In this document: positions 26,405 to 35,950 of the stretch, piece after piece
How the letters are laid out: each line of letters opens with the position of its first letter
Position numbering within the stretch: the first letter of the stretch is position 1
Source: Squalus acanthias
Lineage: Eukaryota
Reading direction: 5' to 3'
Assembly: GCA_030390025.1 (NCBI GenBank)
Contig: JASTWF010000109.1
Location: 248,001 to 312,000, forward strand
Length of the DNA: 64,000 nt
The notes under the pieces: model-generated
Seen by the model: the letters and a program-made list of their open reading frames with translations, nothing else
What the model was told of the DNA's origin: nothing
The model's database searches: none
Made by a program: the position numbers and the translations under genes

Positions 26405-27945
26405 TACATTGGTATAACAATTGCCCTTTCCCCTCTCCCTGGTGGATAAGTGGAGGTACAGTGGGTTAACAATTGCTCTTCCCCCTCTCTCTGGTGGATG
26501 AGTGGAGATTCAGTGGGTTAACAATTGACCATTTTTCATGCGCTGGTGGGTGGGTGGAGATACAGTTGGTTAACAATTGCTTTTTCCCCTCTCTCTGCTG
26601 GGTGAGTGAAGATACGGTGGGCTAACAATTGTCCTTTCGCTAACAATGATCGGGTAGTGGGTATACAGTTGGTTAACAACTGTCCTTTCGCTATCAATTG
26701 TCGGGTAGTGGGGTACAGTGGGTTAACAACAGTCCTCCCCCCTCTTTATTTTGGGGCAGTGTGGGTACAGTGGTTTAACAACTGCCCTTTCCCTATCAAT
26801 GGCGGGTGCGTGGAGATACAGTGGGTTAACAATTGCCAGTTCCCCTCTCTCTGCTGGGTGAGTGAAGATTCGGTGAGCTTACAATTGTCGTTTCCCTATC
26901 AATGGTGGTGGATTGGGGTACAGTGGGTTAACATTTGCCCTTTCTCGTTCTATGGTGAGGGAGTGGGGTATGGTGAGGGAGTGGGGTACAGTGACTTAAC
27001 AACCGCCCTTTCCTATCAATGGTGAGGGAGTGGGGCACAGTGTGTTAATAAATTCCCATTCCCTATCAATGGTTGGGGAGTGGGGTTACAGTGGGTTTAC
27101 ATTTGCCCTTTCCCTACCTATGTTGAGGAAGTGGGGCACAGTGGGCAAACAACCGCCCTTTCCCTATCAATGGTGGGAGAGTGGAGATAAAGTGGGTTAT
27201 TATTTGCCCTTTTCCTATCAATGGTGAGGGAGTGGGGCACAGTGGGTTAATAAACGCCCTTCCCGTATCAATGATGGAAGAGTGGGGGTACAGTGGGTTA
27301 TTATTTGCCCTTTTACTATCAATGTTGGGGGAGTGGGGGCACATTGTGCTAACAAATGCACTTTTCCTACCAATGGTGGGGGAATGAGTGTACAGTGGGT
27401 TAATAAATGCCCATTCCCTATCAAAGGTGGGGGATTGGGTGTACAGGAGGTTAACATTTGCCCTTTCCCTATCTATGTTGAGGGAGTGGCGGTACAGTGG
27501 TTTAACAACTTCCCTTTCCCTTCACGCTGGCGCGGCAGTGGAAGGTACAGTGTGTCAACAATTGTCGTTTCCACTCTCTCTTGTGAGTGAGTGGTGACAC
27601 AGGGGTTAACAATTGTCCTTCTCTCTCTCACTGGTGAGGGAGTGGGAGTTACAGTGGGTTAACAATTGCCTTTCCCCTGTCTCTGGGGAGGCAGTGAGAG
27701 GTACAGTGTGTTAACAATTGTCATTTCCACTCTCTCTGGTGAGGCAGTGAGAGGTACAGGAGTTAACAATTGTCATTTCCACTCTCTCTGGTGAGGCACT
27801 GGTGATACAGGAGTTAACAATTGCCCTTCTCTCTCTCTCTGATGAGGCAGTGGGAGGTACAGTGTGTTAACAATTGCCCTTCCCTCTCTCTCTGGTGAGT
27901 GAGTGGTGATACTGGGGTTAACAATTGCCCTTCCCTCTCTGTCTT
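26405..27945. repeat. ~50-bp minisatellite, copy a (expanded)
   Basis: Same GGTACAGTGGGTTAACAATTGCCC family as 23235-23635. Confidence 0.9.
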
Positions 27946-28074
27946 TCTCTCTTGGGGGTACATTTCGTGTTCGTCTATGGCCCTCACAGCAGTTCCCAGT
28001 GGCTGCGATGCTGCTAATTTAAATGTCCCCAATTCTGAAGGGATGGACAACACGGGAAATGGGGATAACATTAG

Positions 28075-28280
28075 GAAGTGCTGGAAATACAAAGCAGGTC
28101 AGGCGGCATCTGTGCAGAGAGAAACAGAGTCAACGTTTCAGGTCGATGAACCTTCATCAAAATGGGCTTCCGAACGGTGGTTCTGTTTCTCTTTGCACAG
28201 ACGCTGCCGAACCTGTTGAGTATTTCCAGCATTTTCTGTTTTTATCTCAGATTTCCACCATCCGCAGTATTTTGCTTTTG
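28075..28280. mobile_element. Palindromic Penelope-like element, copy a
   Basis: Paralogous to 23715-23950 within the duplicated unit. Confidence 0.55.
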
Positions 28281-28577
28281 TTCGATTAACAGTGAGACCG
28301 AGATCTAAATGTGCTGCGTTTGTTTGTCGGAAATGGGAATTTTAAGCTTCCCCCAGCAGGATGAAAGTTGAAGTTACTTTGAGGAATCGTGTTATGAGAG
28401 AGCTTCACTCTGTCTCGAACTCGTGGTGTACCTGAGCTGGGAGCGCTGGCTGCACAAACCATGGACCCAAGACCCACAAACACCCAACTTCAGATACACA
28501 GCCCGCCCCTGGGCAACAATGGGAAACGAAATTATTTGAGCTGCTGTGTTTTTAACTCCGGATTCGAAGAAAAGCCC

Positions 28578-28593
28578 TTTATTGATATTTATT
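28578..28593 (-). terminator. Two AATAAA signals (copy a)
   Basis: TTTATT at 28578 and 28588. Confidence 0.8.
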
Positions 28594-28665
28594 TAAGAAC
28601 TGAAATGCAATCGATATTTTCTCATTGACAAGAATTGACGGAGTCCATCAGTACAAGGGAAATGT

Positions 28666-29012
28666 TCACAAACATTGTTTACCCATGGATTTATTGACCG
28701 TTCTGGTGATGATCTTCAAGGGGATCGCTTCATGTCCCACCACACAGGAGTAGGAAGCGCCGCTGGCCCACTCCTCCGCTGCAATGGATAACAGGCTGTA
28801 GATGAAGAAGGAACTGCTGCCGTTCTCCGCCATCACCTCGGTGTTCTTGTAGTTGCTGGAATTCACCGGCTTGTCATTGACGGTCCACTTGACGAAGATC
28901 TCTCGGGGGGAGAAACCTCTCCCTAAGCAGGTGAGGGTGACGGACCTCTGAGCGGAGATTTCTTCTGCCGATGGCAGGAGGACAGACACGGACGGTGGCC
29001 GCGGATGTTGAG
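28666..29012 (-). CDS. IGHM: IgM Cmu4 copy a (internal donor after 28683) with frameshifted short tail GKQCL*
   Basis: ctgcag|(A)[13 protein letters not shown]...RTVNKSM G|GTAAAC; 330-nt open domain; tail is 1 nt shorter than copy b. Confidence 0.92.
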
Positions 29013-29491
29013 CTGCAGGACAATTACAAGAAAGGACAATAAACTGGAGAATTCCAGAGACAGTGATAGCGGTGGTTAGATGTGAGAGAAGTGAGCTTTC
29101 CGCTGAATTTTAAAGGATTTATTTACCCCTCTGGACCCTGTCCGGTTTCCAGCCCGCAGCTGAGGGATATGCAATCCTTCTCTCTGAGAGCTTGAAGAGT
29201 TGAATTTACAGCACAGAAACAGGCGATTCGGCCAAACAGCTCCACAGGAGACACCTCCCACCTTATTTATCTAACCCCAATAGCATATCCTTCCATTCCT
29301 TTTTCCCTCATGAACTTATCTCGCTTCCCCAGAAGTGCAAGAGCACGGGTCCCAAAGTATTTAGTTAGTGGAATTACCAATCTGAATTATTAGAGTAGTC
29401 CATTACAGCTCATAATAGAAATAATTGTTCCTTACACAAACCTAGGAAATAGCCACAGTGTCTCACTTATTGCTACAATCTCACCGCTCAC

Positions 29492-29797
29492 CTATTTCCT
29501 TGTGGATGGAAGCTCTTTCAGCAGTCGCCATATCCTGATGGCTCACCACGCAGGAAAACTCATCCCCACTCAGCCAGGCTTGTGTCGAGATTTTTAGGTT
29601 GCTGATCACGCTGTTGGGATCCTCTCCGGGTTGAACAATCTCTGATTTCAAAGTCTCCTTTCCTCGGGTCCAGGTCACGGTGACTCCATGAGGAGCATTA
29701 GACACGATGCAGGTTAAGTCCAGAGTCGCCTCCATTAAAACTTGTTCTAGTGACGGTTTGCGAAGAGTAATCATTGATTCGCTGCGTGAGGAACGAT
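29492..29797 (-). CDS. IGHM: IgM Cmu3 copy a
   Basis: ttcacag|(D)[11 protein letters not shown]...[27 protein letters not shown]|gtgag; 306 nt, phase 1/1. Confidence 0.94.
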
Positions 29798-29879
29798 CTG
29801 TGAAATAGAAATGAAAGTCAAGCAAAGCTTCATGTTCAGATTCAGGACACCAGTATTCAGCCATTACAGTCTCGAGTAG

Positions 29880-30245
29880 AATAAATCTCCCTTTGTGGGA
29901 GAGAGAGTTCAAGATACCCACAGCCCTTTGCACGAAGAAGTGGTTCCTGACCTCACCCCTGAACGGCCTGGCTCTAATTTTAAGATTATTCCCCCTTGTT
30001 CTGGACTCCCCCACCAGAGGAAATACTTTATCTACCCACCAATTCCAAAAATTATTTTAATTAATTCACCCTTTAATCTTCTATACTCAAAGCAATACAA
30101 GCCTATTCAGTGCAACATCTCCTCATAATGTAAACCTTTTTGCCCAATATCATTCTGGGTAAATCTGTACTGCACCCCCTCCAAGGCCAGTGTATCCATC
30201 CTGATGTGCAGAGCCCAGAATTGAACACAGTTCTCTAAATAGTGT
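29880..30245 (-). mobile_element. CR1/L2-type LINE 3' fragment next to the duplication breakpoint
   Basis: Translates to [36 protein letters not shown], typical of a CR1 ORF2 C-terminus. Confidence 0.8.
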
Positions 30246-30399
30246 AGATGACTTTTCTAGCAGTGGGTTCCTGGACAGTTACCAGTAAAGGCCTCCAGAC
30301 ACCTACTGCCGCTCGGAATATGATCAGCCAGCTCAGGATAAACCTGAGCCCAAGGACACCTCACTCACTGTCTGATATCAGAGCCGAGGGAAACCTATG

Positions 30400-30858
30400 G
30401 CGATGTTATTAAATCCTGAACCGTGAGGAATCCTAATTCAGGAGAGGGTGAGTTCAAGTCCCACTTCAGAGACTTGAACACAGAATTTAAGCTGACAGTC
30501 CCAATGCAGTGCTGAAGGAGCGCTGCACTATCTTTCGGATGAGGTGTTAAACCGAGGATCCGTCTGCCCTCTCAATTGGACGTAAGAGATCAAATGGCAC
30601 CATTTCAAAGAAGAGCAGGGGAGTTCTCCCGGTGCCGTGGCAAATACTTACCCCTCAACAAATATCACTAAACAAAAAAAATATCTGGTCATTATCACAA
30701 TGCTGTTTGTGGGAGCTTGCTGTGCACAAATTGTCTGCCCCGTTTTGTACATTCCAACCGTGGCCATATTTTAAACGTAATTCATTGGCTGTCAAGCGGT
30801 TTGGGACAGTCTGTGGTCCCTAAAGGCGCTGTAAAAAGGCAATTCTTTATTTTCTTTT
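30400..30858 (+). mobile_element. Deu-domain SINE (SacSINE1/AmnSINE-like)
   Basis: B-box GAGTTCAAGTCCC followed by the recalled Deu core GGATGAG..TTAAACCGAGG..GAAGAGCAGGGGAGTTCTCCCGGTG..CTGGTCATTATCAC..GCTGTTTGTGGGAGCTTGCTGTG and a T-rich tail. Confidence 0.75.
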
Positions 30859-31155
30859 ACATCGGAAGGACACACAAACTGCATGATTGTACATTAGAAA
30901 TTGAGCTAACTCAGGATAATACTGAGACTAAGGACACCTCACTCCCTGTCTGACATTACAGCTGCGGGAATCCTTCTTTGCTGGCGAAGTGATGGAATCC
31001 TAAACTGTGAGGAATCCCACTTACATCGGAAGGAAACACCAAACTGCTGGATTGTAAATTAGAAATTGTTCTGTGCTTTGGACTAATTCCAATAAAATTC
31101 TGACTCAGATCGGCACTCGAAATGGTCTGGAACTCGTCGGGTCGGTGTCTCTTAC

Positions 31156-31461
31156 CCTGAGAGCTGGCGATGTCTTTGCTTTGGGTAACCCCTTCATGAG
31201 TGACCTGGCAAGTGTAGACCGAGCCGCTGAACCATTCGCCGGCGGGGAGTTTCAGCAGACTGGTCGCCGAGAAGGTCCCGTTCACTTCACAGACGGGAGA
31301 GGTGACGAAGCCCGAATGCATGAGTTCTCCGTTCTTCAGCCAATTAACAGTCAGTGACTCTGGACTGAAATCCATGATTGAACACACGACGGTTGCATAT
31401 CTGCTGCTGGTGATTTGGTCGCTGGAACTCACCGTGAGGATAACAGTTGGATGGACGGAGA
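31156..31461 (-). CDS. IGHM: IgM Cmu2
   Basis: ctactag|(V)SVHPTVILT...[12 protein letters not shown]...YTCQVTH..SSQ G|gtaag; 306 nt. Confidence 0.94.
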
Positions 31462-31589
31462 CTAGTAGGGAAGACATGTTATTGACATTCATTGCAAAGT
31501 AAATGATTAAGAAATGCATAGTGTCCTTATATTTAAGCAGGTCCTTTACTGTCAGGCTCACATTAACCTGGCATTTCTAAGGATTGAAC

Positions 31590-31965
31590 TGTACACAGTA
31601 TTCTAAGTGGGATATGGAGACCAGTGCTCTGCACAGTATTCTCAGAATGATATGGAGATCAGGAATGTGCACAGTGTTCTATGTGAGATATGCAGACCAG
31701 GAATCTGCACAGTATTCTAAGTGTGATATGGAGACCAGGACTGTGCACAGTATTCTCAGTGAGATATGCAGACCAGGACTCTGCACTGTATTCTAAGTTT
31801 GATATGGAGACCAGAACTGTACATAGTATTCTATGGGTGATATGGAGACCAGGAAAGTGCACAGGTTTCTAAATGTAATATGGAGACCAGCACTCTGCAC
31901 AATATTCTATGTGGGATATGGAGTCGAGGATTGTGCTCTATACTCAAAGTGTGAAGTGGAGACCT
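31590..31965. repeat. 38-bp minisatellite (GATATGGAGACCAGGACTGTGCACAGTATTCTAAGTGT)n
   Basis: GATATGGAGA anchors at 31611, 31649 and onward; contiguous with a CR1 fragment at 31960-32040. Confidence 0.88.
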
Positions 31966-32069
31966 AAACTGTTCACAATACTCTAAGTGTGGACTAACCA
32001 AGTTTCTATACAAGTTGAACATAACATCCCTGCTTTTCACGGTTTTCCCCTGTATCCCACAACACTAAC

Positions 32070-32366
32070 CTGGCATTGGGATGCTCCATTCCGAATCACT
32101 TCGTCGAACCACGCAGTAGATTGTGCTGCTCCCCACCTCTGACTCGGTGATGGTTAACTGGCTGCTCAGGGTGTAGGTTCCCATCTTGTTGAGCACTGAC
32201 GGGTAAGTCATCAATCCAGTGGTGATCGGCACTTTATCTTTCGTCCAGGAAACGCTGGTGATTTCGGGGTTATAGTCCATCGCCAAACAGCCGAAATTGA
32301 CGGAGCCGTCGGTGTGGGGTTGTTCACAGGAGAGCAGGGCGTAGAGGGTGGGAGCAGACGGTGTCG
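32070..32366 (-). CDS. IGHM: IgM Cmu1
   Basis: ttcccag|(A)[39 protein letters not shown]|gttagt; 297 nt; matches recalled shark Cmu1. Confidence 0.95.
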
Positions 32367-32624
32367 CTGGGAAAGAATGGCCAGTTAGACAAGTTAGAAT
32401 CTGTAATATGTGCTCATAAAACAACCAAACAACCCGAAATTTGACTCCAGGATAAACTCATTCCATCATCTGAGGATCAAAAACTACAGCTGCATTTGAG
32501 CTTCTGTCAGTTCCATCACACGCACCTGTCGACCCCCTGGTCAGGAACAGACCTCTCTGTCCCCGAGCTCTATCACATTGCAAAAATAAGAACCTTTTCA
32601 CCTCACCTCAATAAGGTATCTTTC

Positions 32625-32800
32625 ATTGGATCTTACAATAGAAGGGCAGAGACGTTTTCCTGCTATTTCGGCCAGCATTTATTTCTCAATCAACACCACT
32701 TCCGGTCATTTATTTGATTGCAGTTTTTGGAAATTTGCTCAGTGCCAATTGACTGCTGCTTTTCCCCACAAAACAACAGTGACTCTACTTCAAAAGTAAC
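32625..32800 (+). mobile_element. Older, degenerate Deu-domain SINE fragment
   Basis: GGCCAGCATTTATTTCTCAATCAACAC..CCGGTCATT..ACAACAGTGACTCTACTTCAAAAGTA resembles the SINE at 30.4-30.9 kb. Confidence 0.55.
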
Positions 32801-33289
32801 AGCGTAATCCGTGCTTATAAAATTAGCAAAACATGAGCTCAAAACGGACAAGTACAGAATTGAACAGGGAAGTTTTCCACGGCCTAGTTTCTAAAATTCA
32901 AGCTGTAGATGAATCGGGATTGAGTCGAATCTATCTCTTTCCTTCCCAGTAATTGAGGAAGAGCGATGTACTTCAACGCCCTGTGATTTGTGCTCTGTCC
33001 CATTCTACTGAATGGATACTTCATGAGATTCCTTCTCGCTCCCACTCAATTAATAATCCGAATAAAATAGGATTCCAGAATCCGGTTAATGGAAGTGTCT
33101 CTTTAAATGGCCCATTTCATTTACCAAATTACCTGTCGACCACCCACCAGAGAGAACAGGCGCTGCTTTCTGGGTCGTAACAGGCACCTCTTGTTGCTGA
33201 TTGTATCGAGCATAATCTAAACATGGGGACAGTTTTTTTCTGTAAAAATCTAATATTGGCAATCCTTAAATATTATAAATCTATAGGAG

Positions 33290-34300
33290 ACACGGAGTAG
33301 TGGTGAGCGGATGTTTTACAAACTGTAGAAAATAATGCAGTGGGGTCTCCCATGGATCGGTATGAGGACCATTGTTGTTCTTGTTATATAAAAATGACCT
33401 GAACTTGGCAATAGGGAGTACAATTTTGGAGTTCGCAGATGACTCTAAACTTGGCAAAGCAGCAAATAGTGAGCAGGATAGTAGCAGACTTCAGGAGGAC
33501 ATAAACAGGCTAGTGAAATAGACAGGCACATCGTAGGTGCAATTTAATGCGGATAAGTGTGAAGCGATGCACCTTGGGAGGAACAAAATGGTGAGGCAGT
33601 CTAATCTAAATGGTGCTATTTTGAGGGGATGCAAGAACAGAGAGATCTGGATGTGCTTATGCACAGATGGTTGAAGATGGCGGGGCAAGTTGATAAAGCT
33701 GTTATGAAAGCGTATGGGACACTTGGCTTTGTAAATAGGGACACTGAATATTAAAAAAAAAGGACGTTATGCTAAACCTTTACAAATCACGGGTTAGACC
33801 TCAGCTGCAGTATTTTGCATAATTCTGGCTCCAAAATTTAGGAAGGATGACAAGGCCTTGGAGAGGTTACAGAGGAGGTTTAACAGGATGATACCAGGGA
33901 TGAGGAACTGCAGTTATGTGGAGAGATTTGACAAGCTGGTATATTGTCCTCAGAGAAGAGGATAAGTGGAGACGTAATAGAGCTTTTCAAAGTTATGGGA
34001 GGTTTGGTAGAGCAAATAGGCAGAAACTGTTTCCTTTGGCAAGTAGGTCGATCACCAAAGGTCACAAATTTAAAATAATTGACAAAAGATGTGGAGCGGA
34101 ATTTGGGGTAATTTTTTCACACATAGAGTTGCTAATTTCTGAATGCACCAGTCAGCTGGACATGTAATTGAAGAGGACTCATTTGCAGCGTTATGAGGAA
34201 AAAGCTGGGGTGTTGGGTGAAATTGGACAGCTCTTTCAGAGCCGGCACAGGCAAGACGGGCCGAATGGCCTCTTTCTGTGCTGCAAGTTGCTCTGATTCT
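33290..34300 (+). mobile_element. Old 5'-truncated CR1-type LINE in the J-C intron
   Basis: FADDSK, KC..MHLGR, ALERLQRRF and LFPLA..TKGHKFK remnants; GGGCCGAATGGCCTC 3' motif. Confidence 0.85.
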
Positions 34301-35029
34301 TCACGAGTCAGTGGAAATAGTTCTTCCTGATTTAATGGACGGAAACGCTTCATAATCTGAACACGTCTATCAGATCTATTTTATTGTTTGTTATAATGAA
34401 AGAGGATATTTAAAATAAAGGGATCTGAGCAATCTGACGCAGATGAGGGACTCGGTTATATTCTAAAGGCTTAATGCTCATTGTGCATGACGTCACATTG
34501 CAGGCTGACTGTCAATCTTTAAATGTTTCACAGAAGAGCAGCTCAGTGACTGTCTGCCTTGTGTTGTGACCCAGTCCAATAACTGCAACTCGGCCCAATT
34601 TGTCCCTTTTCAAAAGAAAATTGAACGAAATTATGGTGTCAAACATAACGTTCCCATTATGCTTATTTGGAGCGGGGGAATCAACATTCTCCATTTAAAT
34701 TGTCAAAATAACTTCCAGCCTCCAGTCAGATCAGAACAGGCGCTGCTTTCTGGAGCGTCAATCACTTACTGAAACTGTTTGTTCTGAAAGTGAGCTCAGG
34801 ATCAGGCCAATCTCATTCAATAATTAGCTGATACTCCAAATGGCTAAGCATTAACTATTCATTCAAATTTGGACAATTTTTCGAATTTTTTTTTTAACAT
34901 CAATGAATGTGCCTTGTTCAACCTGGGCAATGGATCAATTTATTGTTATATATCTGGCTCGAGCACTCGCAGATTATTGGTTAGCTGCAGATTAAGGGTC
35001 CTTGACATTGCCTGACCAACACGCTCAGG

Positions 35030-35950
35030 TCAGATACGGCACGGATAGGATAGAGTGACGCTCGCACTGCACTACCCTGTTTGTCAGATCAGGTATAGCA
35101 AGGTTTGGATGCAGAGTAATGCTCCCTCTACACTGTCCTGTCAGGTACTGCGGGTCAAGTATAGCAAGAGATAGATATCTTTTTAAACTGCCAGGTCAGA
35201 TTCCAGACGAGTTAGATAGAGAATACAGCTCCCTATCCACCGCCCAGTAAAATATTCACGGCTCACATACAACAGAGTATAGATACAGTGTAAACCTCCC
35301 TCTACACGGCCCGCACAAAGACTGTGCGGCCTGATGAAACTCGGTTTAGATACACAGTAAAACTTGATCCATACTGTCCCATCAAACATTCCCAGCTCCA
35401 GCAAAGCACAGTTCGGATACAAACAAACTCCCCATAAAATGCGTTTTGAAATTGCCCAGGTTAGGGAAAGCACAATTATATACAAATTTAAGCTTCCATA
35501 CACTAATCCATTAAAGCTTTCCTATAGCACTGATTAGATAGAAGGTGAAACTGTTTTGAAGTTGCCCATCAAAATCCACGTCCTTGTAAATAAGAGGTTA
35601 GGTCTCCCTCTGCACTGCCCATCAAACACTCACAGGGCAGATACAACACGTGTTACATACAGAGTAAAGCTCCCTCTGCACTGTGCCAGCAAACACTCAC
35701 AGGGCAGGTACAACACGTGTTACATACAGAGTAAATCTCCCTCTACACTGTCCCAGCAAACACTCACAGGGCAGGTACAACACGGGTTAAATACAGAGTA
35801 AATCTCCCTCTACACTGTCCCAGCAAACACTCACAGGGCAGGTACAACACGGGTTAAATACAGAGTAAATCTCCCTCTACACTGTCCCATCAAACACTCA
35901 CAGGGCAGGTACAACAGGGGTTACATACAGCGTAAAGCATTACACTGTCT
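35030..35950 (+). repeat. 67-bp satellite units in the J-C intron (homogeneous at 35600-35950; related units at 36380-36600)
   Basis: CACTCACAGGGCAGG anchors 67 nt apart (35694, 35761). Confidence 0.85.
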
